From IMG/VR virus record IMGVR_UViG_3300037601_000088, positions 83,253-147,252 of that record: a stretch of 64,000 nucleotides of DNA; one strand, 5' to 3'. Shown in pieces: positions 29,811 to 38,581 of the stretch; position 1 is the stretch's first letter; each line of letters begins with the position of its first letter. Below the pieces are notes generated by a model. It saw only the letters and a program-made list of their open reading frames with translations. It searched no databases and had not been told where the DNA came from. This DNA is from a virus (Duplodnaviria > Caudoviricetes). Both the position numbers and the translations under genes were made by a program.

Positions 29811-31139
29811 ATGATATCCACAGATGTTGTATTTTCACAAATAATTTATAACAAAAATTATATGACAAAAGTTCTACCCCATCTTAAGGTAGATTATTTT
29901 GATAAAGATTCTGATAAAATTGTTTATAAATTAATTGGAAGTTATATTTCCAAATATAAAAAAATACCGAATAAAAAAGCGCTCATTGCTGAAGCTTATA
30001 GTAAAAATCTAAACAACGATTTAACAAGTTCCGTGGTTGATACTCTAACCAAGTTGGAGAATGAGCCATATGATGAAGAATGGCTGTTTGATAAGACAGA
30101 AGAATTTTGTAAGGAAAAAGCTCTTTATAATGCTCTTTATAAATCGGTAGAATTAGCTGAAGGTGAAGAAAGGGGAAATATTCCTGAAATTCTTCAAAAG
30201 GCTTTAGCTGTTTCATTTGATACAAGTGTCGGTCATGACTTTTTTAGAGATGACCGATATGAATATTACCACAAAAAAACACATAAAATTCCATTCAGGT
30301 CAAAAACGTTTAATGATATTACTGATGACGGGCTAGAGCGTAAAACTATTGCATGTGTGATGGGGCCAACCGGCAAAGGTAAATCTATTAACCTTTGCAA
30401 CTTCGCTGCTGATTATTTAAAAGATGGTTTGAATGTCCTTTACATAACACTTGAAATGTCTGAAATAGCAGTTGCGGCTCGCATTGAACAAAACCTTATG
30501 GAATTAACAAAGGAAGAAGTTAAATCCTTATCCAGATCAGAATATAGGAAAAAACTTAAAAATGCACAGGAAAGATCGGGTGAGCTTCTCATTAAAGAAT
30601 ATCCATCTACGTCTGTTCATACCGGCCATTTTCGACATTTAATTCATGAACTAGAAACGAAAAAAGGAATTAAGCCTGATGTAATTATGGTTGATTATTT
30701 GGGTATTTGTAATTCTGAAAGAGTTAAATTCAAACAAAATTCTTTTGATTATTTAAAAGCCGTTTCTGAAGAATTAAGATCTTTAGCTGTAGAGACAAAT
30801 ACTCTAGTTTGGACTGCTATGCAAACAAATAGAGATGGGGCTAAAAATGAAAATTATGATGAAACAAATGTCTCAGAAAGTTGGGGAGTTGTTTATACTT
30901 TTGATTTCTTCATAGGATTTAAAAGAAATGAGGATTTAGACAAGCAAAACAAAATTATATTCACACAATTTAAAAATAGAAATGTCGACGAATCCTTAAT
31001 GAAGTCATTTGCTATGGGGATCAATAGATCTAAGATGCTTTTATATGATTTGGGGGATGAAGATGAAGGAGATGATTTAGTTCAAAAATTTGATAATATT
31101 CCAGATAAAGAGAAGTTTAAATCGATATTTAAAACATAA
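29811..31139 (+). CDS. 41: replicative helicase gp41
   Basis: GPTGKGKS, YITLEM, KEYP, VDYLGI, EELR, QTNR. Confidence 0.95.
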   Translation: MISTDVVFSQIIYNKNYMTKVLPHLKVDYFDKDSDKIVYKLIGSYISKYKKIPNKKALIAEAYSKNLNNDLTSSVVDTLTKLENEPYDEEWLFDKTEEFCKEKALYNALYKSVELAEGEERGNIPEILQKALAVSFDTSVGHDFFRDDRYEYYHKKTHKIPFRSKTFNDITDDGLERKTIACVMGPTGKGKSINLCNFAADYLKDGLNVLYITLEMSEIAVAARIEQNLMELTKEEVKSLSRSEYRKKLKNAQERSGELLIKEYPSTSVHTGHFRHLIHELETKKGIKPDVIMVDYLGICNSERVKFKQNSFDYLKAVSEELRSLAVETNTLVWTAMQTNRDGAKNENYDETNVSESWGVVYTFDFFIGFKRNEDLDKQNKIIFTQFKNRNVDESLMKSFAMGINRSKMLLYDLGDEDEGDDLVQKFDNIPDKEKFKSIFKT

Positions 31140-31147
31140 ATATCTAT

Positions 31148-31540
31148 ATGGCTTTAAATTTAGTTACTTATTCTGATATTAAAACAGATTTTGAACCTCA
31201 CCCCTTAACCGGCGATATATCTATAGTTACGGATATTGATTCGATTAAGCAGTCGGTTGTAAACATTGTTTTTACCGATTTCTATGAAAGATATTTTTCT
31301 CCTACATTTGGTGCAGGAGTTCCTCAGAACCTATTTGAAAATATGGTTCCTCAGACGCGATATGAAATTGAAAAAAGAATTAATGAAGCAGTAGAAAATT
31401 TTGAACCCAGAGCAAGAATAGTAAGAACAAGAGTTACACCGTCTCCAGATGACAATAATATTGTGGTAACAATTGTTTTTAGACCAGTTAATTCAACAGA
31501 AGATGTAAGTGTTCAAAGAATTTTAAGGAGAATAAGATAA
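31148..31540 (+). CDS. 25: baseplate wedge subunit gp25
   Basis: YSD..F.PHPLTGD, SIKQSV.N, ER.F.P.FG, FEPR. Confidence 0.9.
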   Translation: MALNLVTYSDIKTDFEPHPLTGDISIVTDIDSIKQSVVNIVFTDFYERYFSPTFGAGVPQNLFENMVPQTRYEIEKRINEAVENFEPRARIVRTRVTPSPDDNNIVVTIVFRPVNSTEDVSVQRILRRIR

Positions 31541-31912
31541 ATGGTTAAACTACCATTTATAGGAGCTTTTAGCACTGTAAAGCTTGTACTATATGGAATA
31601 GGTTTTTTGGCTGTAGCCGGTATAGTTTTAAATATATATTTGACTTATCAAGAATTAGATAAAATCAAAATAGAAAATGGAGCTTTAAGAAGTGACTTAG
31701 CCGTTGCAAGCCGTGCAATAGATACTTTAGAAACAAACATAGAAAACATTAATATAACTCTTGAAAAAAGAGATGAACAATTAAGCGATTTAAGAGAAGA
31801 ATTAGATAATATTACCGTAGATTTAGGATCAGATTCAAATGATTTAGCTCCTGAATCATTGCGCGAACTTATCAGGCGTTTAGGGGGCGAACAAAACAAT
31901 GGTCTTGAATAA
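31541..31912 (+). CDS. inner-membrane spanin (Rz-like)
   Basis: N-terminal TM plus coiled coil, overlapping a lipoprotein gene. Confidence 0.65.
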   Translation: MVKLPFIGAFSTVKLVLYGIGFLAVAGIVLNIYLTYQELDKIKIENGALRSDLAVASRAIDTLETNIENINITLEKRDEQLSDLREELDNITVDLGSDSNDLAPESLRELIRRLGGEQNNGLE

Positions 31913-32180
31913 AATAATACTAGTTGTATTTTTGGGATTATTTTTGGCAGCTTGTCAAAGTACTGGTGAAAGAACACTGGTAGAAACAGTGTTTATAACT
32001 CCGCCCGATTCTGTAGTTCAATGTGAAAGATATACAAATTTACCTAATCCTGAAACTTTAACAAATCAAGAAGTCTCAAATTTAATTATTGGGCTATATA
32101 CAAATCTAGAAACATGTGCTATTAATATGGATGCAATTCGTGATTTTATTCGAAGAGCGGAAGCATCACAATCTAATTAA
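31899..32180 (+). CDS. outer-membrane spanin lipoprotein (Rz1-like)
   Basis: Lipobox LAAC, Pro-rich, two further Cys. Confidence 0.7.
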   Translation: MVLNKIILVVFLGLFLAACQSTGERTLVETVFITPPDSVVQCERYTNLPNPETLTNQEVSNLIIGLYTNLETCAINMDAIRDFIRRAEASQSN

Positions 32181-32201
32181 AATAGGATAAATTTTTTTAT
32201 T

Positions 32202-32717
32202 ATGTCTGAGCGAAATGTATTTGTGATAAGTGATACACACTTTTGTCATACAAATATCCTTAAATTTAAGGATAAAAATGGCAATCATATCCGGCAATTT
32301 GGCTCTGTTGATGATATGAATCATACAATGATTTCCAATTGGAATTCTTTAATTGAAGATCATGATTTAGTTTACCATTTAGGTGATGTTTCATTTGGCA
32401 ATCATTCCCAAACTCATGAAATACTTAGTCAATTAAAAGGTCGTAAAAGGCTGATTGTTGGGAACCATGATCCGATTAAAAGTAAAGTTTTACACGACCA
32501 TTTTCAAAAAATCTTCATGTGGAAGCCATTTAATGAAAATGGTGTAAAAGCTCTTTTAACTCATGTGCCGGTTCACCCCTCTAATATTCCTGAAGGGTAT
32601 ATCAATGTTCATGGCCATATACATCAAAATAATTCTCCAGAAGGACCATATTTTAATGTATCTGTCGAAAAAACTGATTATAAACCAGTTAAACTTTGCC
32701 ACTTAATTAATGGATAA
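32202..32717 (+). CDS. metallophosphoesterase
   Basis: SDTHF.H, LGD, GNHD, THVP, HGHIH. Confidence 0.9.
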   Translation: MSERNVFVISDTHFCHTNILKFKDKNGNHIRQFGSVDDMNHTMISNWNSLIEDHDLVYHLGDVSFGNHSQTHEILSQLKGRKRLIVGNHDPIKSKVLHDHFQKIFMWKPFNENGVKALLTHVPVHPSNIPEGYINVHGHIHQNNSPEGPYFNVSVEKTDYKPVKLCHLING

Positions 32718-32723
32718 TTTAAC

Positions 32724-33104
32724 ATGACTATCGGTTCAAATATGAAGAATATTGCTTTAAGTAAAGAATTAAAACAACTTGATAAAATTTTAAAAAATAT
32801 TGAGCGGCTAAAAAAGATTATTAGAAAAAAGTCTCTGAAACAATCTGAAATTAATATTAAGATAACATATAAAACATTTGGTTTTTTAAATTATAATCTT
32901 GATTATGAAATTATTAAATCTTTATTTGATAAGTATTATTTTTTAAAATTAAATTCGGCTAATACAGAAACTTTTAATTGTTATCTTAAAAATTTTAAAG
33001 AATGGGCTGAAAATGAAGATCTAATAATTAAATATCAACGTCACCCGGGATACTATCATTCTAATTCTTATATTAAACTAAACATTTTACCAAAGGAAAA
33101 TTAA
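32724..33104 (+). CDS. hypothetical protein
   Basis: ORF only. Confidence 0.45.
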   Translation: MTIGSNMKNIALSKELKQLDKILKNIERLKKIIRKKSLKQSEINIKITYKTFGFLNYNLDYEIIKSLFDKYYFLKLNSANTETFNCYLKNFKEWAENEDLIIKYQRHPGYYHSNSYIKLNILPKEN

Positions 33105-33107
33105 ATT

Positions 33108-33407
33108 ATGAGTTCTTATGAAATATTTCATGGTTATTTCGAAAAATTTGATTTGGATGTTGCCGATATTAATGACGAAGACTATTTATATGATTTAGAA
33201 AAAGAACATAAATGTTATTTTGTAAACGTTGATGATCAATTATATAAAGTTTGGTCGTCTGATTTATATCTTTCATATTATGGTTTTAGTGAAATTATAG
33301 AGCCATCAGATAAGCCCCAATTGCTATTGTATTGGTATAATGGTGGTGCGGGAATACGTGAAGTGGCTGAAGAAGCTATTAAAAAATATTTAAAGAAAGA
33401 TGAATAA
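33108..33407 (+). CDS. hypothetical phage protein
   Basis: SD; WYNGGAG motif. Confidence 0.6.
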   Translation: MSSYEIFHGYFEKFDLDVADINDEDYLYDLEKEHKCYFVNVDDQLYKVWSSDLYLSYYGFSEIIEPSDKPQLLLYWYNGGAGIREVAEEAIKKYLKKDE

Positions 33408-34318
33408 TGCAAGTAAAAACGATTAATTCAGTTATAACAAATAAAATGAAGGCAGTTGCTAAATCCTTTAACGATGATTATATTCGAAATAATTTTGTAG
33501 ATAATGCCGTTGTTTCTGGCGGATGTATATCTAGTATGCTTCGAAATGAAGAAGTAAATGATTTTGACGTTTATTTTAAAACAAAAGATTTTGCTACTAG
33601 GGTTATATGTGCTTTGCTTCCTGCGGCTGAAAAAAACAATGACAGTAATAAAGTTAGCAAAATTGAAGTTAGACAAACTGAAGATGGTGTGAGGATTTTT
33701 ATTAAATCTTCAGGTATTATAGGAACAGAAAATTCAGATTCTAATTATGAATATTTTGAAATTAGCGGTAATTCTGCCAAAGAATTTTTAGCTGCTGCTA
33801 AAGAAGATAATCCAGATAATAAAGATTATTATCCTGTTTATTTTACTGATAATTCTGTCACATTAAAAAACAATGTTCAATTAGTTACACGTTTTGTTGG
33901 CGAAGCAGAAGAGATTCATAAAAACTATGATTTCCAACATTGTATGGTTTATTGGACTAAAAAAACTGGTGTCGTTTTAAACGAAAAATCCCTTTTATGT
34001 ATGATGGATTCTCGATTAGAATATTCAGGATCTAGATTCCCAATTTGTTCTCTTTTTAGACTTCGTAAATTTATCAGTCGAGGCTGGAGAATATCGGCTG
34101 GTGAAATGATGAAAATAGCCTGGGATATTTCCAAATTAGATCTTGATAATATAGAAGTTTTGGAAGATCAAATGATGGGTGTAGATCATGCTTATTTTAG
34201 GGAAGTTATTGATGTATTAAAAACAAATAGAAAAGAACTGGACCGAACCTATCTTTTTGAACTTCTTGATGCTGTTTGGAACGATGAAATGGATACAGAT
34301 GTGAGTGATAATGCCTAA
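33407..34318 (+). CDS. Pol-beta-superfamily nucleotidyltransferase-like protein
   Basis: SGGCI....E.VNDFDVYF (GG..DxD), YDF.HC. Confidence 0.65.
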   Translation: MQVKTINSVITNKMKAVAKSFNDDYIRNNFVDNAVVSGGCISSMLRNEEVNDFDVYFKTKDFATRVICALLPAAEKNNDSNKVSKIEVRQTEDGVRIFIKSSGIIGTENSDSNYEYFEISGNSAKEFLAAAKEDNPDNKDYYPVYFTDNSVTLKNNVQLVTRFVGEAEEIHKNYDFQHCMVYWTKKTGVVLNEKSLLCMMDSRLEYSGSRFPICSLFRLRKFISRGWRISAGEMMKIAWDISKLDLDNIEVLEDQMMGVDHAYFREVIDVLKTNRKELDRTYLFELLDAVWNDEMDTDVSDNA

Positions 34319-34604
34319 AAGCAAAACATATGAAAAATTATCATATAAATTTATTTTAGAAGGCGAGGAAGATTTTGATGATTTTACATATCAATCTTCT
34401 TCGTATTTTAGAGATATCGCATGTAAAAAATATTGTCAATATTTATTTCATGAAAGAGACGGGTGGGAATGGATGAAAGATATAGATTATAAACCTATGT
34501 TTAAAGTTTATGACCCATATGAAAAGTGTTTCTATGCATGTACAGTTGAAATAGGAAATGAACCTGTTTTTTATGTTCGTGATAAGAAGGTAGAAAATGG
34601 ATAA
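34311..34604 (+). CDS. hypothetical protein
   Basis: ORF in operon. Confidence 0.5.
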   Translation: MPKSKTYEKLSYKFILEGEEDFDDFTYQSSSYFRDIACKKYCQYLFHERDGWEWMKDIDYKPMFKVYDPYEKCFYACTVEIGNEPVFYVRDKKVENG

Positions 34605-35019
34605 AATATACGATTATAAATTAATTCAATCTTTAAATTCATTCATTTTAAATTTTTCTCGTAGATCTGGAAGAACTATTGAATCTATTAAGGGATTAAA
34701 AGAAGGTGATATTTTTGTAGTGAATAGTACTTCTATGTTTGTTTATGCAAAACATAGAATGCTAGAATTTTTTAAAAATAATGAAATTTTGATAGTAAAC
34801 CCAAAATCAAATGATTTAGCTAATGATCTTTTTCGTAAAATTCATCTTTTGCCGGGCCAAAGAATAATTTTTGATCATCATTGGATCGAATTACGGGCTC
34901 TTTCTTATGTAGAAAAATCATTAAACGATTTACAATTTGAATATGATATGGTATTTAAAGAAAATCAAATAAACACAAATATTGCTTTACCAAACACTCA
35001 TAATTCAGGTTTATTTTAA
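34597..35019 (+). CDS. hypothetical protein
   Basis: ORF in operon, RRSGRT P-loop-like. Confidence 0.5.
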   Translation: MDKIYDYKLIQSLNSFILNFSRRSGRTIESIKGLKEGDIFVVNSTSMFVYAKHRMLEFFKNNEILIVNPKSNDLANDLFRKIHLLPGQRIIFDHHWIELRALSYVEKSLNDLQFEYDMVFKENQINTNIALPNTHNSGLF

Positions 35020-35516
35020 TGAAAACATTAATATTATTGATAGGCATGCCATGTTCAGGTAAATCAACCTGGATAAAGGAAAATAAAAAATATATGCCTA
35101 TTTTTACCGATGTTTTTAGCACCGATTCTATCATTGAAAAATGGGCTAAGGATCAAAATAAAACATATACTGAAATTTTTTCTGATAGTATTCAGGAAGC
35201 TGAAAATGTTTTCTGGCAACAAGTAGAAGAAGCTATGGTAAAGGGCAATGACAATATTGTCATCGATAGAACAAATTTAACTGAAAAAGGCAGAAAAAAG
35301 TGGTTTACTCTCGCGTCCAAATATGATTACATTGTAAATGCATTCTTGTTTTTAGAATCTAAAAATACTTTAGAGAAAAGAAACATTGAAAGGAATAAAA
35401 AAACAGGAAAATATATTCCTGATAATATATTTCATAGTATATTTCATAGAATGTATCATTCGTTTGAGCCTCCAAAATATAGTGAAGGCTTTGGTTATAT
35501 TAATTATGTTGGTTAA
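35019..35516 (+). CDS. P-loop polynucleotide kinase-like protein (AAA_33)
   Basis: GMPCSGKSTW, STD, IDRTNL...R, R...R lid, EGF. Confidence 0.8.
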   Translation: MKTLILLIGMPCSGKSTWIKENKKYMPIFTDVFSTDSIIEKWAKDQNKTYTEIFSDSIQEAENVFWQQVEEAMVKGNDNIVIDRTNLTEKGRKKWFTLASKYDYIVNAFLFLESKNTLEKRNIERNKKTGKYIPDNIFHSIFHRMYHSFEPPKYSEGFGYINYVG

Positions 35517-35534
35517 ATTATAAAGGAAAATAAA

Positions 35535-35951
35535 ATGTCTGATCGATTTTTGGGTTGGTTTATGGGTACTGTTACAGCTGTGATTATTTTAAGTCTTATT
35601 GTAATGGCCCTTCTTTGGACACCACTTGTAGGGCCTTGGGCGGCAGAACGTAGAGGTATGGCAGAGCTTCGTCAAGCACAACAAAATAGGCAAATTCTAG
35701 TTGAACAAGCCGAAGCTCAACAGCAGGTTTCAATTATTCGTGCTCAGGCTGAAAAAGAAGCTAGTGAATTGAGGGCTGAAGCAATTGCTATTATTGGTGA
35801 GGCGGCTCAACGATATCCTGAATATCGCCAGCAAGAATTTATTGGAGCCTTTGCCGTAGCTTTAGAAGAAGGATCAATTAGTCAAATTATTTATGTTCCT
35901 ACTGAAGCCAATATTCCTATCCTTGAAGCTGGCTCCGGAAGAGTTCAATAA
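35535..35951 (+). CDS. membrane-anchored coiled-coil protein
   Basis: TM, Ala/Glu/Gln coil, IIYVPTEANIPILEA. Confidence 0.7.
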   Translation: MSDRFLGWFMGTVTAVIILSLIVMALLWTPLVGPWAAERRGMAELRQAQQNRQILVEQAEAQQQVSIIRAQAEKEASELRAEAIAIIGEAAQRYPEYRQQEFIGAFAVALEEGSISQIIYVPTEANIPILEAGSGRVQ

Positions 35952-35961
35952 ATAAAATTAT

Positions 35962-36038
35962 CTGTGTGTAGCTCAGTCTGGTAGAGCGCCGCAATTGGGC
36001 TGCGGAAGCCGGTGGTTCGAATCCATCCTCACAGACCA
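35962..36038 (+). tRNA. tRNA-Pro(UGG)
   Basis: C1-G72, CCGCA-ATTGGGC-TGCGG, TTCGAAT loop, ACCA; U6-U67 mismatch. Confidence 0.9.
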
Positions 36039-36138
36039 AATTCCTGAGGATAATCAAAATATGGCTTGAACTCCTTAGTGTGAGTGGATAAAAATAGTGC
36101 AATTATCGCGACTCACTTTAATTTTAAAAAATAATCTT

Positions 36139-36213
36139 GCCGGGTTAGCATAATGGTAATGCACGCCGCTCATAACGGTAAAAATATTGGTTCGAATCCA
36201 TTACCCGGTACCA
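36139..36213 (+). tRNA. tRNA(CAU), Met or Ile2
   Basis: GCCGGGT/ACCCGGT acceptor, CTCATAA loop, ACCA. Confidence 0.85.
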
Positions 36214-36233
36214 TTTAACGAGAGAATTTCAAC

Positions 36234-36776
36234 ATGTATGAATATGGAACAGAAATTAAAGATGAAAACGAAAAAAAGGAAACTTTAATTGAATTGTTGT
36301 CAAAGATCTTAATTCGCGAAGCATCACTTGAACTTTATGTTAAAGAATTATCTGAAGTATTAAAATGGTATGGTGAAAATTCTCGTTTAGCTCGATTAAT
36401 TCATAGTGAAGGAGATGCTGGGCGACACGCTCTTGCTGCTGATGGAGGATATCTTGCTAACCGTACTCTTTCTTATAAACCTTTTGATAAATCTTCGGTC
36501 GGGAATAGAGTTCTTCAAGAATTAAAGCATTATGTAATTAATAATAATTTTCTTAAACTTAAATTAGAAGCACATGAGAGAGAAATTTCTCAATTAAAAG
36601 AGGTTTCGCAACAAATAAAAAATGATACAATTGAAAAATGTATAAAAGTAGCAAATGAACACCGAGAATTAGAAAAAGATGCTGCTTTAGCCGGTATTGA
36701 AGATGCTGATGAATATTTTTCCGGTTATGATACTGCAGCATGGGATATTGCTACATCAATTCGTAATTCTGTATAA
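36234..36776 (+). CDS. hypothetical protein
   Basis: ORF with SD. Confidence 0.55.
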   Translation: MYEYGTEIKDENEKKETLIELLSKILIREASLELYVKELSEVLKWYGENSRLARLIHSEGDAGRHALAADGGYLANRTLSYKPFDKSSVGNRVLQELKHYVINNNFLKLKLEAHEREISQLKEVSQQIKNDTIEKCIKVANEHRELEKDAALAGIEDADEYFSGYDTAAWDIATSIRNSV

Positions 36777-36783
36777 TAGAAAA

Positions 36784-37035
36784 ATGGACAGTTCAATGAA
36801 AATTACATATATCGGTTATAAAGAGAAAGATTTTGGTGTGTGGGAAGTTTTTTGTAATCAATATGAACTTTATACCATGTCTAATACATTAGATAATGCG
36901 TTAGAAGAATTGAAAAAATGTATTAATGATTCTCAAATACCTCTTATAAATAGAAAAACAGACATTATTATTCCTCGCGATATAGAATCAATTTGTTCGG
37001 GAAATTTAATTGAAAAAATTCAAAGACGGTCTTAG
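36784..37035 (+). CDS. hypothetical protein
   Basis: ORF; start uncertain. Confidence 0.4.
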   Translation: MDSSMKITYIGYKEKDFGVWEVFCNQYELYTMSNTLDNALEELKKCINDSQIPLINRKTDIIIPRDIESICSGNLIEKIQRRS

Positions 37036-37130
37036 CGATCGTGAAATTGATGAAGGTTCTTATATAGTTTTTAAAACTGCATTTTATTTTGTTATAATTT
37101 TTCTTGTTTTTCTTTTAGTTTTATTTTTTG

Positions 37131-37160
37131 GTTTACATGTTGAAAATATTTTGATATAAA
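37131..37160 (+). promoter_or_regulatory. early promoter
   Basis: GTTTACA-N17-TATAAA. Confidence 0.7.
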
Positions 37161-37191
37161 TAAATATATCAAAAATTGGAGACTATATATT

Positions 37192-37506
37192 ATGGGTTAT
37201 CAAACACGTAAAACTGAAATTACTCCTAAGGGTGTAAAAGCGATTGGTTATCGCATTAATGATGATGTTTATACAGTTCAGAATCCCGATACAGGAAAAT
37301 GGAATGTGTATCATCAACCCTCTGATGGTTATTTTCGTAGTTCAAAGGGTCTTGGAGACTTTTCTAAGAAAGGTCAAGCAGATAAATTTGGCAATTTGAT
37401 TATTGAAAATTTTAATATGGGGTTCGATAATGAAGACGGTTTCCAAGAAGTAAATCCAGATTTTGTTGAAACGGCTCAACATTTTCATTATGAAAGTTTG
37501 ATATAA
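37192..37506 (+). CDS. early hypothetical protein
   Basis: GGAGA SD after early promoter. Confidence 0.7.
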   Translation: MGYQTRKTEITPKGVKAIGYRINDDVYTVQNPDTGKWNVYHQPSDGYFRSSKGLGDFSKKGQADKFGNLIIENFNMGFDNEDGFQEVNPDFVETAQHFHYESLI

Positions 37507-37511
37507 TTTAT

Positions 37512-37600
37512 TGGAGTGTACTCGAGTGGTAGCAGAGAGCGGACTGTTAATCCGTTAGCCGAAAGGCTCATCGCTGGTTCGAATCCAGCCACTTCAGCCA
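37512..37600 (+). tRNA. tRNA-Asn(GUU) with long variable arm
   Basis: U1-A72, G73, GCGGA-CTGTTAA-TCCGT, extra arm AGCC-GAAA-GGCT, CCA. Confidence 0.85.
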
Positions 37601-37604
37601 ATAT

Positions 37605-37679
37605 GAACCGTTAGCTCAGTGGTAGAGCACTGGACTTTTAATCCGGGTGTCATGGGTTCGAATCCCATACGGTTCTCCA
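37605..37679 (+). tRNA. tRNA-Lys(UUU)
   Basis: GAACCGT/ACGGTTC, CTTTTAA loop, CCA. Confidence 0.92.
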
Positions 37680-37713
37680 AAAATGACTATAATAAAAGAT
37701 AGGTAAAATACCT

Positions 37714-38385
37714 TTGACATTTAGATTAAATGGAAAAGATTTTGTAGTTCCTGATGGCGATACTGGAACTACTGGTTATTTTAATGAAGAAACAGGTAAA
37801 GGAGATGGTCCTTTAGGTGATTACATGAGAGATCATGTTCAATACCTAGAAGCATCTAAACTTTATTTTTATGACAAAGTCTGTATTCAAGCCGGTGGTG
37901 CATTTGGTTTATATCCAATTTTATTAACAAAATATTTTAAGCACGTATATACAATCGAGGCAAACAAAAAAGCTGTTCCATATTTAGAACAAAATTGTAA
38001 AGATTATAAAAATATAACAATAATAGGTGGCATGGCATTATCAGATGAATCTGATAAAATTGTTTATCTAAATCCAGGCCCCGACAGTAATTGGGGAATG
38101 ACGAAGGTTGTGAATACTCAAACATTGAAAACTGACGAAGTTATAACAATTACCATCGAAGATATTACTGATGAATATGACATACATCAACATGTTGGTT
38201 TAATTTGGTTTGATTTAGAAGGTTATGAATTAAATGCTTTGAAAGGGTCTGAAGGCCTCATTAAAGCAGATAAACCCATTATTGGTGTTGAAAGACCGTC
38301 GCAAGAGGTTAGAAATTATTTAAATTCACTTGGTTATGAAAAAGAAAGTAGGTCCTCTATGGATGTTTTCTTTTCTCCATTTTAA
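37714..38385 (+). CDS. FkbM-family SAM methyltransferase
   Basis: QAGGAFG, DLEGYE.NALKG, P.I.VE. Confidence 0.85.
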   Translation: MTFRLNGKDFVVPDGDTGTTGYFNEETGKGDGPLGDYMRDHVQYLEASKLYFYDKVCIQAGGAFGLYPILLTKYFKHVYTIEANKKAVPYLEQNCKDYKNITIIGGMALSDESDKIVYLNPGPDSNWGMTKVVNTQTLKTDEVITITIEDITDEYDIHQHVGLIWFDLEGYELNALKGSEGLIKADKPIIGVERPSQEVRNYLNSLGYEKESRSSMDVFFSPF

Positions 38386-38398
38386 AAAAGTGATTCCA

Positions 38399-38581
38399 TT
38401 AGGATTTAAGTTTTTGTCTTTCCTGTTCCCTTTTTTCCAATTTTTGTAAAGTCAAACCCATAAGAATATCTCTTTCGAACGGGACAAGACTTTCAAATTC
38501 AGAAGGGCATATTTTTATTTCATCATTGAAAATATGCATCATTTGATAATAGTGCTCGATTGGATAAACTTCGAGCACTAT
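38399..38581 (-). CDS. 51: gp51-like short hub chaperone ORF, probably a -1 frameshift extension of gp26 (not in ORF track)
   Basis: IVLEVYPIEHYYQMM...SEFESLVPFERDILM matches the YY..E...PWER pattern of short gp51 ORFs. Confidence 0.7.
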   Translation of the reverse strand: MVLEVYPIEHYYQMMHIFNDEIKICPSEFESLVPFERDILMGLTLQKLEKREQERQKLKS

